DNA from: an uncultured Verrucomicrobiota bacterium | Lineage (GTDB): Bacteria; Verrucomicrobiota; Kiritimatiellia; RZYC01 | Length of the DNA: 64,000 bases | Reading direction: 5' to 3' | NCBI GenBank assembly: GCA_964542025.1 | Contig: CAZISY010000001.1 | Coordinates: 8,749-72,748, forward strand | In this document: piece after piece, positions 7,999 to 18,294 of the stretch | How positions within the stretch are numbered: the stretch's first letter is position 1 | Layout of the letters: each line of letters opens with the position of its first letter | Notes under the pieces: model-generated | The model's database searches: none | What the model was told of the DNA's origin: nothing | What the model saw: only the letters and a program-made list of their open reading frames with translations | Translations under genes and position numbers: made by a program

Positions 7999-10623
7999 TC
8001 AGGGCGCGGCGATGCGGGCGAAGGGCGCGGTGTAGTGGTCGGTATCGCTCCACTCGAAGGAGGAGTTATAGGATTCCACGCCCGGGGTATCGGTGGTGGC
8101 GGCATCGTTGGGAATGGTATCCATGGCGGAGGTGGACCCGGCGCCGAGCATCACGCCGATGCCGCCGGCTTCAAGGGTGGCGCGGGTGAGTCCGATGGAA
8201 GCGAGGGGGATTTTAATTTCGTAGAAGCTGTCACGGCTGGTGTTGTTGTGGCCGCTGGTGAGGAAGTTCTGCAGGGCGGATTCTCCGTTGTTGCGGTTGT
8301 CGCAGTCGGATACGCCGTAGAGGATGGAGGGGACGAGCAGTGCGCCGTTGTCGTAGGTGATGCTGCGAGCGGCGCAGGAGTAGTACTCGCCGGAATCGAC
8401 GGGGAACACTCCGCCGCTCTGATGGGAGATGTAGCCCTGCCAGAGGCTGCCGGCCATGTAGATCATGTAGTCGGGTTGGTCGGCTCCGCCCCACGTCTGT
8501 TTTTTATTCCACATATCGTTGGTGGCGCCGCCGGATTCGGTGTCGAGCACCATCCAGAGGAGAATGCCGTCATTGCGGCTGATGGGGTCGCCGCTGCCGG
8601 CGTTGGCGCCGTCGATGGCGTCGGTGATGTCCACGAGTTGCCAGGCGACGTACAGATAGTTGTCATCCCAACAGGCCCAGAGGTGGGAGAAGTCGAGGGG
8701 AGCCTCGTGGGTGGTCCAGTTGCTGCCGAGCGTGCGGGGGTCGTCATTGGCCACATCAAGGGCAATCAGCATGGAGTCGGACCATTCGCCGGCGGTGTTG
8801 GCGCCGTCGATGGTGATTCCCGATGAGCGGAAGGCGCCGAGGGTGGGGTTGGTGGAGTAGGGCTTGTCGGGTCCGGGTTCAAAGTCGGAATTGACGCGGA
8901 TGCTGTAGTTGGCGGAATTGTTGTTGTCCCACTGCTGGGTACCTTCGGCGTCGGTGACGACGAATGCGAAGCGGATGGTGGTTCCTTTGGGATAGGCGCT
9001 GAGAGTGATGGACCAGAGGTCATTGGTGGCATTGCTTCCGGTTTTGGTCAGTGCGGCGCTGCTCCAGGTGGCGCCATCGGAGGAGTAGACGATGCCGGCG
9101 GACGCGGCGGCTCCGATGGGGGCTGTTTTGAAGGAGATGGTGAGGGTTTCTTCGGCGTCCCAGTTTCCGGAGGTGGGATCAGTGGCGGAACCGCCGAACC
9201 AGGTGACGGGCGTGGCGGAGGTGCTTTCGGAGAACGTGTACATTTTTTGGGTGGTGATGCCGCCGGCGGTTTCGCCGTAGAGGGTGAGGGTCCGGTAGTC
9301 GCCTACGTTCATGTCGGCTCCGAAGGTGATGACGGTTCCATTGGTGTAGAAAACGGGACTGCCGCTCTGGATGGCGTAGGTGGCGTATGACACATTCACG
9401 CCGCTGACGCGGAGCGTGACCGGAATGCCGTTGCTGTCGCCATCAGAGAATGAACCGCCGGCAGGCGAGGCGGAGATGGTGACGGATTCAACCACGATTC
9501 CGCCGGATGGAATTTCGGCGCGCAGCTTGTAGTACACGCTGGGGTGGTTGGTGGTGAAGGTGTCGGTATAGCCGGACTGCGGGAGCGCGCCGACGATATT
9601 GCTTTGAACGAGGGTGAAGGGGCCGGAGGTCAGATTGGTGGAACGGTAAAGGGTGTAGCGGCGTCCGGTGTCGGCCACGGGCCAGAGCAGTCGGATCGAT
9701 CCGTTTTCCAGAAGGCTGTGGCTGAGGGCGAGGGAGGAAAGGGCATTGGTGGGATTGGTGCCGGCGACATATTCCTGGTGGTTGCTGAATCCATCGCCGT
9801 CGGTATCGGCTGAGGCGTCCGACGGGCTGTTGGGGTTGAATCCATACTTGGATTCCCATTCATCCTGCATGCCGTCGCCATCGGTATCGTCTGATTCGCA
9901 GGGGGCGAGGGTGATGGTCCAGTTGGAGGAGGTGTTGTTATCCCAGTTTCCGCTGCCGTCGGTGAAGCAGATTTCAATGGCGAGGCAATCGCTGGGAATA
10001 CTGAGGGTGACGGTCCAGTTTTGGCCGGTGGCTGTCATGGGGGCTCCGGCCCAGTTGGTGGTGGTTGCGTAGAAGCAGCCGTAGATCATGGTGACGGCGG
10101 AGGCGGCGGAGAGGGCCCCGCTGTTTGGGGCGTAGGTGACGGTGACGGTGCTGCCGAGGCAGTTATCGGGCGTTTCGGGCGTCCAGGAAACCGAGGAAGC
10201 GGCTCCGGCATTCACGGTGGCGGTGAAGTCGTTATTGTTGTTGTTATCCCAGACATCACCGGAGGCTCCCTGCACGCAGATGGCGTATTTAATGGTGGCG
10301 CCGCCGGGAAACTTACCAAGGTTGGCGTGCCAGCCGTCGGCGGAGGTGACGGTGTCGTCGGCGGACATTACGGTGGTATTCCAGTTGGTGCTGCCGTTCA
10401 CGGAATACACGACGAAGGCATTGGTGGTGGAATTTTCCGGCGTGGCGGAGGTGTTGATCCAGAGATCATCCACGGCGTTCAGTGCGCCGTTGGTGGGCCA
10501 GTGGTAGGTGTTGGCGACGGTGAAGTCGGCGGCCAGAACGTGTGATGCGGAGCCGAAGAGCGCCGCGAGGAGTAGAGCGCTTAACCGTTGATGGTTAAAA
10601 AAAAGACTAAAAATGGCCGTCAT
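7999..10623 (-). CDS. Large secreted multidomain protein with repeated carbohydrate-binding-like modules and thrombospondin type-3 Ca-binding repeats
   Basis: Signal peptide at the N-terminus. At least three W-D-N-N-N repeats (starch-binding-CBM-like: VWDNNNNNDF, NWDNNTSSNW, QWDNNNSANY). DTDGDGxxDxxE repeats. C-terminal CBM9-like region. Confidence 0.65.
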   Translation of the reverse strand: MTAIFSLFFNHQRLSALLLAALFGSASHVLAADFTVANTYHWPTNGALNAVDDLWINTSATPENSTTNAFVVYSVNGSTNWNTTVMSADDTVTSADGWHANLGKFPGGATIKYAICVQGASGDVWDNNNNNDFTATVNAGAASSVSWTPETPDNCLGSTVTVTYAPNSGALSAASAVTMIYGCFYATTTNWAGAPMTATGQNWTVTLSIPSDCLAIEICFTDGSGNWDNNTSSNWTITLAPCESDDTDGDGMQDEWESKYGFNPNSPSDASADTDGDGFSNHQEYVAGTNPTNALSSLALSHSLLENGSIRLLWPVADTGRRYTLYRSTNLTSGPFTLVQSNIVGALPQSGYTDTFTTNHPSVYYKLRAEIPSGGIVVESVTISASPAGGSFSDGDSNGIPVTLRVSGVNVSYATYAIQSGSPVFYTNGTVITFGADMNVGDYRTLTLYGETAGGITTQKMYTFSESTSATPVTWFGGSATDPTSGNWDAEETLTISFKTAPIGAAASAGIVYSSDGATWSSAALTKTGSNATNDLWSITLSAYPKGTTIRFAFVVTDAEGTQQWDNNNSANYSIRVNSDFEPGPDKPYSTNPTLGAFRSSGITIDGANTAGEWSDSMLIALDVANDDPRTLGSNWTTHEAPLDFSHLWACWDDNYLYVAWQLVDITDAIDGANAGSGDPISRNDGILLWMVLDTESGGATNDMWNKKQTWGGADQPDYMIYMAGSLWQGYISHQSGGVFPVDSGEYYSCAARSITYDNGALLVPSILYGVSDCDNRNNGESALQNFLTSGHNNTSRDSFYEIKIPLASIGLTRATLEAGGIGVMLGAGSTSAMDTIPNDAATTDTPGVESYNSSFEWSDTDHYTAPFARIAAP

Positions 10624-10990
10624 GATACACCTCCAGGTTCAGTTATTCAGCTTATCCGGCGATTAAAACGTTACACCTTGGAGTTAATACGCTGTAGAAA
10701 TGCTTTTGTAAAGGAATAGGTCGGAGTTCATTTTTCCAGTGCGCATCTGCGAATTGGGGACCTTCGCTTTGTTTTCCGTGATGTCTCCGGAGGGGGGCGT
10801 GGAGCCGGGACCGGGATCGAATGAACACGGGAAGACGGGAATAAACACCCTCGGCTCTCCCGGACGGGGTGGGTATTCGAGTCAAGCACTTCCAGATGCG
10901 CCGGCGGCCTGTGGTGCGCAAAGAGAATGCTTGATTTTTCGCTTATTTTGCTGATTATACGCGGCCGCGTTCAAGGCCGTTCGGTCAGGG

Positions 10991-11308
10991 TTGAATCAAT
11001 GGGAATTATTAAAAATGACATGCAGTGGCAGACATGCGGAAAAAAGGTCGTGCGGAGGAGGTTGCAGCGGGTGTTCGTCGGTGGATTGTACGCCTGCGGG
11101 GGATGCGCCGTTCGGGCTGCGTTTGGTGATGATGGCCGGGCTGGTTTTTATCCTCCCATTGCTGGCGCTGTTGGGGATCTCCTTTTTTGCGCATGACCAC
11201 GGTCTGCGGAGTACGGGTATGGTGATCGGCAGCTTCCTGATTCTCCTGGCTGTATTGCCGATGATCTTTCGGCGTATTTTCAATCGAAAGGTGCAAAAGA
11301 CGAAATGA
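10991..11308 (+). CDS. rseC: RseC/MucC-family small membrane protein (SoxR-reducing-system type) preceding rnf
   Basis: Cys cluster CGGGCSGCSSVDC followed by two TM helices. The stop overlaps the rnfC ATG (ATGA). The start is TTG at 10991 or ATG at 11015. Confidence 0.45.
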   Translation: MNQWELLKMTCSGRHAEKRSCGGGCSGCSSVDCTPAGDAPFGLRLVMMAGLVFILPLLALLGISFFAHDHGLRSTGMVIGSFLILLAVLPMIFRRIFNRKVQKTK

Positions 11309-12657
11309 GTGCCAAGAGCAGTTTTCCGGGCAAGGGAAGTTTTGCCCGCGGCGTACATCCGCCCGATAGCAAATGGCTTTCGGCGGATCAGAAAATCGAA
11401 GTCGTCCCCGCGCCTTCCGAGGTGATTATTCCTCTTTTGCAGCATACCGGCGCGCCGTGCAAAACGACGGTGACCCAAAAGCAGTCCGTGCGGGTGGGGG
11501 ATCGTGTCGGCGATGCGGATGCTCCGGTGTCCGCGCCCGTGCATGCCAGCCTCAATGGCGTGGTGGGAAAATTGAGTGTGGTGACGCTGCCGAATGCGCG
11601 CCACGTCAATATGCTTCCGATCCAGGCGGAGGGCGAACAACTGGAAGGGCAGGCGCTGTATGACGAAGTGCTCGGAGGCAACTGGGCGCTGGACAAACTG
11701 GAAGAGTGGTCCCCGGAAGCGCTTACAATGCGGGTGCGGGAGGCGGGCATCGTCGGGTTGGGCGGAGCGGCTTTTCCCACGAGCGTCAAGTTGGTGCGCA
11801 ATGCCAAAAAACCGGCGGAAATTCTCCTGCTGAATGGCTGCGAGTGTGAGCCGTATCTGACCGCGGATTACCGAATCATGATCGAAGCACCCGCCGCCGT
11901 AATCGCCGGCGCGCTGATTGCGGCCATAAGCTGCGGCGTGCGGGAAACGGTCATCGCGATTGAAGATAATAAGCCGGAGGCCATTCAATCGCTTCGAACG
12001 GCCGCTGCGGGAACCGGCGTGCGGATTGCAGTTTTAGAAACCAAGTATCCCATGGGTGGCGAACGCCAAACCGTGCCGGCGGTTACGGGAAGAGCCGTGC
12101 CAACCGGTGGTTTGCCCCTGGATGTCGGGGTGGTGGTCATCAATGTGGGTACGGCTATGGCTGTGGCGGGCGCCGTGCTGCGGGGGCGGAATCTTACGCA
12201 TCGGGTGGTGACGGTCACGGGAGAAGGCGTCCGGCAGCCGAAGAATCTTCTGGTGCCCATCGGGATCAGTTACAGGGCGCTCATTGATTACTGCGGAGGA
12301 ATGACCGCCGATACGACACGTATCATTTCCGGAGGACCCATGATGGGGTTTGCGGTGAATACGACGGATATTCCCGTTACGAAAGGTACGTCGGGCATTC
12401 TGCTGCTCACAGAGAAAAATATCCGAATGGCGGAGGAAACATCCTGCATACGCTGTGGGCGCTGTGTGGATGCCTGCCCGCTGAATCTGATCCCCACGCG
12501 TTTGGCGATGGCCGTACGCCACCGGGAATGGCTGGTGGCCAAACGATATCATCTCACGGCCTGTATGGAATGCGGATGTTGCGCTTACGTTTGTCCGGCG
12601 TCTATTCCGCTGGTACAGTTGATCCGTATGGGCAAAGTGCAGATGCCCCGAGACTAA
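11305..12657 (+). CDS. rnfC: Rnf complex subunit C
   Basis: SGGPMMG motif, two 4Fe-4S CxxCxxCxxxCP motifs and the NADH/FMN-binding region. Confidence 0.9.
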   Translation: MSAKSSFPGKGSFARGVHPPDSKWLSADQKIEVVPAPSEVIIPLLQHTGAPCKTTVTQKQSVRVGDRVGDADAPVSAPVHASLNGVVGKLSVVTLPNARHVNMLPIQAEGEQLEGQALYDEVLGGNWALDKLEEWSPEALTMRVREAGIVGLGGAAFPTSVKLVRNAKKPAEILLLNGCECEPYLTADYRIMIEAPAAVIAGALIAAISCGVRETVIAIEDNKPEAIQSLRTAAAGTGVRIAVLETKYPMGGERQTVPAVTGRAVPTGGLPLDVGVVVINVGTAMAVAGAVLRGRNLTHRVVTVTGEGVRQPKNLLVPIGISYRALIDYCGGMTADTTRIISGGPMMGFAVNTTDIPVTKGTSGILLLTEKNIRMAEETSCIRCGRCVDACPLNLIPTRLAMAVRHREWLVAKRYHLTACMECGCCAYVCPASIPLVQLIRMGKVQMPRD

Positions 12658-12704
12658 ATAAAAAAAACACCGGGCTGACAGAAAACACAGTGAGGATTGA
12701 AAGT

Positions 12705-13676
12705 ATGGCCGTGAATGACGAAAATAAAACAGTGTATGAGGTCGCATGCAGTCCTCATGCCCATGCCGCCGTGACAACAGCCGGTATCATGACGGATGTG
12801 CTGATCGCCCTGATTCCTTTGATGCTCGCGGGGGTACTGGTGTTTGGCCTGGCTGGGGCCAAACAGATCCTGGTGGCCGTTGGAAGTGCCTGGCTCGCAG
12901 AGGCGGTATTCACCGGGATGCGAAAAAAAACATTCAGTTTGAAAGACGGCTCGGCAACCATCACCGGCGTGATTCTGGCGCTGTCCCTGCCGGCCTCCGC
13001 CCCCTGGTATATTGCCGTGATCGGCTCGTTCGTGGGGATCGGCATTGGGAAAATCATTTTCGGCGGGTTGGGCTGCAACCTTTTTAATCCGGCCATGGTC
13101 GGTCGGGCATTTGTCATGATTGCGTTTCCCTCGATGATGGGCGCCTCTGCCTACATAGTGGCGGGAAGTCATGTGGATGCCCTTACGGCCGCCACCCCGT
13201 TGACTCTTTTTAAAATGGAGGGCATCACCACGGGGCTCCGTGCGCTTTTCCTGGGAACCACCAATGGGTCCGTCGGAGAAACGAGTGCGCTGGCCTGTTT
13301 GCTGGGAGGCGCCTATCTGTGCATCCGGCGTACGGCCGCCTGGCAAATCCCCGCCGCCATGATCGGAACCATGGCGCTGATCAGCGGCCTGATCGCTCAT
13401 TTCAACGTGCTTGCGGTTCTTCACGAAATCATGTCCGGGGCCGCCCTGTTCGGGGCCTTTTATATCGCGACAGATCCGGTTACCAGCCCGGTCACTCCGA
13501 AGGGCCGCTGGATCTTTGGTGCCTTTATCGGCGCAATGGTTATGTTGCTCAGAACACTCAGCGGATATCCGGAAGGCGTCATGTTTGCGGTGTTGCTCGC
13601 CAATGCGGTAACGCCGTTGATTAATCGGTGGACCGTTCCGATGCCCGTGGGCGGGCCTGTGCCGCGTAAAAAATGA
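12705..13676 (+). CDS. rnfD: Rnf complex subunit D
   Basis: Polytopic membrane protein in the NqrB/RnfD family; the ORF track's upstream extension is spurious. The start is estimated at MAVNDENK (+/-1 nt; my nucleotide count and the ORF track disagree by one base). Confidence 0.85.
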   Translation: MAVNDENKTVYEVACSPHAHAAVTTAGIMTDVLIALIPLMLAGVLVFGLAGAKQILVAVGSAWLAEAVFTGMRKKTFSLKDGSATITGVILALSLPASAPWYIAVIGSFVGIGIGKIIFGGLGCNLFNPAMVGRAFVMIAFPSMMGASAYIVAGSHVDALTAATPLTLFKMEGITTGLRALFLGTTNGSVGETSALACLLGGAYLCIRRTAAWQIPAAMIGTMALISGLIAHFNVLAVLHEIMSGAALFGAFYIATDPVTSPVTPKGRWIFGAFIGAMVMLLRTLSGYPEGVMFAVLLANAVTPLINRWTVPMPVGGPVPRKK

Positions 13677-13720
13677 GAATGTCAAATGTCAAGGGCTGAC
13701 CCCATATGAAATGACCCCAT

Positions 13721-14302
13721 ATGAAAACATATATCAGGGATGGTTGGTTGATTCTGCTGCTGGCAGTACTTTTTGGCGCCGGGCTTTCCGGTGTTCAAAA
13801 GGGGCTCAGCGGAAAAATTCAGGAGAACAAAAACGCGGATACCATGAGTCAGATTCCGAACCTGACGCCCGGCGCCGTGCGGGGCGATCCGGAACAGTAT
13901 GGCGAATTGCTGGTGTATAAAACATGGACCGCGCAGAACGAACAGGCCGGATGGGTGGTGGCGGCTTCCGGTCAGGGCTTTGCCGACCGTATTGAATTGC
14001 TGATCGGACTGAATTCCGATGCGTCTATCATCACGGGGCTGTATGTGCTGTTCCAAAATGAGACTCCCGGGCTGGGCAACAAAATCGTCGATGATGGTGA
14101 GGGCACCTATCGCGCACAGTTTGTCGGGAAATCTGCCCTGGAACCGCTCGCGGTAACCAAAAATCGTGAAGCGGCAGTGAATAATAATAAGATTGATGCG
14201 GTCACGGGGGCCACGATTTCATCCGACAGCGTGGTGGATATTGTGAATCGCGCCGTGCGTAGTTTTCGCGCTCAGCTTGCCATGCAGAAGGAGGCCCAAT
14301 GA
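13721..14302 (+). CDS. rnfG: Rnf complex subunit G (FMN-binding)
   Basis: Single N-terminal TM helix and the FMN-binding motif region (GATISS). Standard position in the operon. Confidence 0.85.
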   Translation: MKTYIRDGWLILLLAVLFGAGLSGVQKGLSGKIQENKNADTMSQIPNLTPGAVRGDPEQYGELLVYKTWTAQNEQAGWVVAASGQGFADRIELLIGLNSDASIITGLYVLFQNETPGLGNKIVDDGEGTYRAQFVGKSALEPLAVTKNREAAVNNNKIDAVTGATISSDSVVDIVNRAVRSFRAQLAMQKEAQ

Positions 14303-14925
14303 ACACTGATCAGGGACCCACACCGCTTGAACGTTTTCTCCGGGGTATACTGCCCGAGAATCCCGTGTACCGCCAGGTCCTGGGCACCTGCCCGACCCTG
14401 GCCGTGACCAACGGTATGCAGGCCGCGCTGACCATGGCGGTATCCACCATGTTTGTCCTGGTCTGTTCCAATGTGATTATCAGCCTCATCCGCGGACTGC
14501 TGAAGCCGTATTTGCGCATTCTGGTTTTTACATTGACCATCGCTGCTTTTGTGACGGTCGCGGACAAGGTGGTGGCCGCCTATCTGTATGCCATGAGCAA
14601 GCAGTTGGGCCCTTATTTGCCGCTGATTGTGGTGAACTGCATCATTATCGGCCGCGCGGAAATATGCGCCTCCAAACAGGGTCCGGTCACGGCGTTGTTT
14701 GACGGATTGGGGCAGGGGCTTGGTTTCACGCTTGCGCTGGCGAGTCTGGCCACCGTGCGTGAAATTCTGGGATCGGGCACTTGGATGGGGCTGCCGGTGC
14801 TTTCACCGTTTGGATGGCCATCGTGGGTGGTGATGGTGCTCCCTCCGGGCGCATTTTTCACGCTGGGCATTCTGCTGGGCATTGTGAATCGGATCGGTGA
14901 GTTGCGCGCTCAACGCTCCAAATAA
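14299..14925 (+). CDS. rnfE: Rnf complex subunit E
   Basis: NqrD/RnfE family membrane protein. ATGA overlap with rnfG. Confidence 0.9.
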   Translation: MNTDQGPTPLERFLRGILPENPVYRQVLGTCPTLAVTNGMQAALTMAVSTMFVLVCSNVIISLIRGLLKPYLRILVFTLTIAAFVTVADKVVAAYLYAMSKQLGPYLPLIVVNCIIIGRAEICASKQGPVTALFDGLGQGLGFTLALASLATVREILGSGTWMGLPVLSPFGWPSWVVMVLPPGAFFTLGILLGIVNRIGELRAQRSK

Positions 14926-14931
14926 AAGGGG

Positions 14932-15678
14932 ATGACGATGGATTATTTCGTTTCGATTATGCTGATTGCGATCAGTGCGGCGATCGTGAATAACTTCGTC
15001 CTGCACTTCTTTGTGGGGATCTGTCCGTTCATCGGGGTTTCCCGACGGGTGGATGTGGCGTTCGGGATGGGGTGTGCAGTGACCTTTGTGATTACCATTG
15101 CCGCCATGATGTGCTGGGCGCTCACCAATTATGTGCTTCGTCCGGGCGCGGCGGTTCCCCTGTGGCTGACCGGACACGCCATGGACCTTTCGGTGCTGAG
15201 CTATATCGTCTATATTTTCGTCATAGCGGCATCTGTGCAGTTTGTGGAAATGTACATGCGGAAATATTTCCCTCCGCTGTATAAGGCGTTTGGTGTTTAC
15301 CTGCCGCTGATCACCACGAATTGCTGCATTCTCTTTGCCTGCCTGAACATCATGGCGCATGTTTCCGGAGTGGAGAATCCGGCCGATCGATGGGGGCTGC
15401 TGGAAGCTGTAACGTACTCTTTTTGCGGGGGTGCGGGATTCACCCTCGCGATCATCATCATGGCGGGGATACGCGAGGAACTGGATCTCTGCGATGTGCC
15501 CGGCTGTCTGCGCGGAGTCGGGATTACGCTTTTGGTGGCGGGAATCCTGTCACTGGCTTTTATGGGGTTTACCGGGGTGGATCGCGGCATGGAGAAGGCT
15601 TTGAAGCGCTGGGCCGGGCAACAGGAATCGGCACCTGTTTCATCCCCGCAACACGAAGCGCCGGCGCATGAGGCGTAA
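14932..15678 (+). CDS. rnfA: Rnf complex subunit A
   Basis: NqrE/RnfA family membrane protein with a short C-terminal extension. Confidence 0.9.
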   Translation: MTMDYFVSIMLIAISAAIVNNFVLHFFVGICPFIGVSRRVDVAFGMGCAVTFVITIAAMMCWALTNYVLRPGAAVPLWLTGHAMDLSVLSYIVYIFVIAASVQFVEMYMRKYFPPLYKAFGVYLPLITTNCCILFACLNIMAHVSGVENPADRWGLLEAVTYSFCGGAGFTLAIIIMAGIREELDLCDVPGCLRGVGITLLVAGILSLAFMGFTGVDRGMEKALKRWAGQQESAPVSSPQHEAPAHEA

Positions 15679-15700
15679 TCGTTCTCTCAAGGAGTGAAAC

Positions 15701-16609
15701 ATGGATATCGTTTTTGTAGCGGCAGTGATCATGCTGGTTTTGTCCGTGGCGGGCGCGCTCATTTTGGGATGGGCCAATAAAGCCTTTCATGTGCCTGTGA
15801 ATCCGCTTGTGGAAAAAATTAACGGAGTGCTTCCGGGAGCGAACTGCGGCGGGTGCGGATATGTGGGTTGCAACGAGTATGCCGAGGCCGTGGCTTCCGG
15901 CGCGGCTCAGCCGGATAAATGCACGGTGGGCGGCGAAGAGGTCGCCGCAAAAGTTGCCGAGATTCTCGGCGTCACGCTCGAGGCCTCGTGGCCGTATCGT
16001 CCGGTGGTGCATTGCGGGGCCACCTATGGTCAGCGTAAGGGACGTATGGATTATCGGGGCGAACGAACCTGCGCGGCCGCCAATCTGGTTTGCGGTGTGC
16101 AGTCGTGTACGTACGGATGTCTGGGATTCGGCGATTGTGAACAGGTTTGTGCGTTTGATGCCATTCATGTGAAAAACGGCCTGGCGACCGTGGATTATAC
16201 GAAGTGTACCGGATGCGGCGCCTGTGCCGGAGCGTGCCCGCGCAATATCATCAATATGGTTCCGTTCAAGAAGGAACGGATGCTGGTGATTTCCTGCTCC
16301 AACAAAGATATGGGCAAAGAAGTGCGTGAGGTATGCGAAGTGGGATGCATAGGCTGTCGTGCCTGCGAGCGGGCATCGGGCGGGGCCATTCGTGTGGAAA
16401 ACAATCTGCCGACGATCAATTATGAAGAGTACAACCCGGAGACCATGAATGCCTCCATCATGGCTATGCAAAAATGCCCGATGCAGCGCATTCTTTACGT
16501 CGGCAAACCGTCGCCGGAGGACGTCGGCAGCGTTCAGGATCAGCCCGTTCCGACAGTGGTTACCGCCGATTTTAAATCCACGGTGGATCAGACCACATGG
16601 CGCGGATAG
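15701..16609 (+). CDS. rnfB: Rnf complex subunit B (ferredoxin-like)
   Basis: N-terminal TM helix, CGGCGYVGC motif and several 4Fe-4S ferredoxin motifs. Confidence 0.9.
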   Translation: MDIVFVAAVIMLVLSVAGALILGWANKAFHVPVNPLVEKINGVLPGANCGGCGYVGCNEYAEAVASGAAQPDKCTVGGEEVAAKVAEILGVTLEASWPYRPVVHCGATYGQRKGRMDYRGERTCAAANLVCGVQSCTYGCLGFGDCEQVCAFDAIHVKNGLATVDYTKCTGCGACAGACPRNIINMVPFKKERMLVISCSNKDMGKEVREVCEVGCIGCRACERASGGAIRVENNLPTINYEEYNPETMNASIMAMQKCPMQRILYVGKPSPEDVGSVQDQPVPTVVTADFKSTVDQTTWRG

Positions 16610-16645
16610 CGGCGGACGCAGTCAATCATGGACACGGTGCCTGGC

Positions 16646-18031
16646 TCACAGAACCGGCCAGCGGGGTTTAATCTCCAGTCCGCTGCGTTTGGCCAATGCG
16701 CGTTGACGAACACAGGCCTCTTCCACGATGGATTCCTCATCCAGCGTCAGCACCTTGCGATGCCGCATAACGAGGTCGCCGTCGATAACCACTGTATCCA
16801 CATCGGAGCCGTGTGCCGAGTAGGCCACTGCGGAAACCGGATCCCAAATGGGCGTGAGGTGCGGCGCATCGGTATTGATCAGAATGAAGTCGGCCCTTTT
16901 CCCAACTTCCAGTGAGCCGCACTGGTCGGCGATTCCCATGGCTTTGGCGCCGTTAATGGTGGCCATTTCAAGAATAGTCTCGGCAGGCAGCGCGGTGGGA
17001 TCATTCTGTTTCAGAGCGGCCAAATAGCTGACCATGCGCATATCGCGGATCATGTCGTAGGTGTTGTTGCTGGGCCCGCCGTCGCAGCCCAGCGCCACAT
17101 TGACGCCCGCATCCAGCATCCCCCGGATGGGTGCAATGCCGGCGGCGGTTTTAGAATTGGATGCCGGGTTGTGCGAGACGTGCGTCCCGGTTTCCTGCAT
17201 GACGCGCCAGTCTTCTTCATCGGTCCATACACAATGCGCGAGAACCGTTCGGGGGCCCAGATAGTGGTGCTTCAGCAGAAAATCCAGCGCGGAACGGCAC
17301 CCGACGGAGCGTGCAAAGTCGAGATCCTGCATGACTTCCGAATTATGAACCGTCATTCCCATGTTGCGTTCACGGGCCAGGAGGGCCATCTCGTCAAAGA
17401 GCGACGGTGTGACGCCGCCGGGGGTGCGTGCCCCGAACCAAACCTGGATGCGTCCATCTGCCGCGCCGTTCCAGCGGTCATACATGTGGAGTGTGTTTTC
17501 GATGCAGCGGTGACCGTCGGCTTCCACCATGCCCGGATACATCGTCAGTTCGGATTTGGCGTAGGCGGGTTTATCCATCACAATTTTTCCGATGGCGGCG
17601 CGCAGGCCGGATTGCTCCACCACATGGGCCACGCCGTCAAAGCCGTAGCGTTCCGCGAGCATACATTCGATGAATCCGGTGGTTCCGGATTTGATCATTT
17701 CGAGCGCGCACAGAGAGGCGCTGGTGCGTCCATCATCGGCGTCGTAATTGCCTTGCAGCACCCATACCCGCTTGAAAAGCCAGTCAATCAGGCTGAGGTC
17801 ATCCGCACAGCCCCGGATCATGGCCTGAGCGGTATGCACATGCGTGTCGATCAGTCCGGGCATGAGAATCCACCCATGACAGTCGATCACGGTTTCGCCG
17901 GGATATTTTTCTAAAAGTTCGGAGGATTTTCCCAGATCGGCAATCTGTTTTTCGCGGGTGAGAAGTGCACCGTTGGCAATGATATGCCGTTGCGGATTGA
18001 CGGTGATCAGTGTGGCATTTTTGAATAGCAT
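16646..18031 (-). CDS. Amidohydrolase-superfamily deaminase of the MtaD/SsnA/ATZ-TRZ family
   Basis: GLIDTHVHTAQ metal-binding motif and a conserved HxxxE...D C-terminal part. The start is taken at MLFKNATL with RBS GGAGGG. The ORF track's 5' extension to 18220 is probably spurious. Confidence 0.8.
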   Translation of the reverse strand: MLFKNATLITVNPQRHIIANGALLTREKQIADLGKSSELLEKYPGETVIDCHGWILMPGLIDTHVHTAQAMIRGCADDLSLIDWLFKRVWVLQGNYDADDGRTSASLCALEMIKSGTTGFIECMLAERYGFDGVAHVVEQSGLRAAIGKIVMDKPAYAKSELTMYPGMVEADGHRCIENTLHMYDRWNGAADGRIQVWFGARTPGGVTPSLFDEMALLARERNMGMTVHNSEVMQDLDFARSVGCRSALDFLLKHHYLGPRTVLAHCVWTDEEDWRVMQETGTHVSHNPASNSKTAAGIAPIRGMLDAGVNVALGCDGGPSNNTYDMIRDMRMVSYLAALKQNDPTALPAETILEMATINGAKAMGIADQCGSLEVGKRADFILINTDAPHLTPIWDPVSAVAYSAHGSDVDTVVIDGDLVMRHRKVLTLDEESIVEEACVRQRALAKRSGLEIKPRWPVL

Positions 18032-18294
18032 GAGAATCCCTCCGGCGGATAATTGCATTGATTCCATTGCGTTCAGCGGAAGAGGATACGCCGCGTAACC
18101 GCGGTTATGTAATGAAAATTGAAAATAAATTGAAAAAATAACTACGGATCCGGTATATAGATACGTGTCTAAGGGACTTGAAACTTGACATTGCCTGCAG
18201 GATGCGGGCAGTATTTGCAAGAGAAACCAGTTGTCAGTTTAAAACCGAAACGGAATCCGTTGAAACCTGGCACTTCATAGGAGGAGCTCGTCCG

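Noticed and set aside
8231-9032. Pro/Thr/Ser-rich minus-strand small ORFs inside the large secreted-protein gene
   Set aside because: These are alternative-frame readings of the real 874-aa gene, and the low-complexity composition is artefactual.
10996-11988. 330-aa minus-strand ORF overlapping rnfC
   Set aside because: Arg/His-rich nonsense antisense to a clearly conserved rnfC.
12654-13685. 343-aa minus-strand ORF overlapping rnfD
   Set aside because: Antisense artefact with no family resemblance. rnfD is on the opposite strand.
18032-18294. Possible cobalamin riboswitch upstream of the corrinoid-protein gene
   Set aside because: I looked for the B12-box (rAGYCMGgAgaCCkGCC-like) and found no match. 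The region is just an AT-rich divergent promoter with a TTGACA-like -35 at about 18186.
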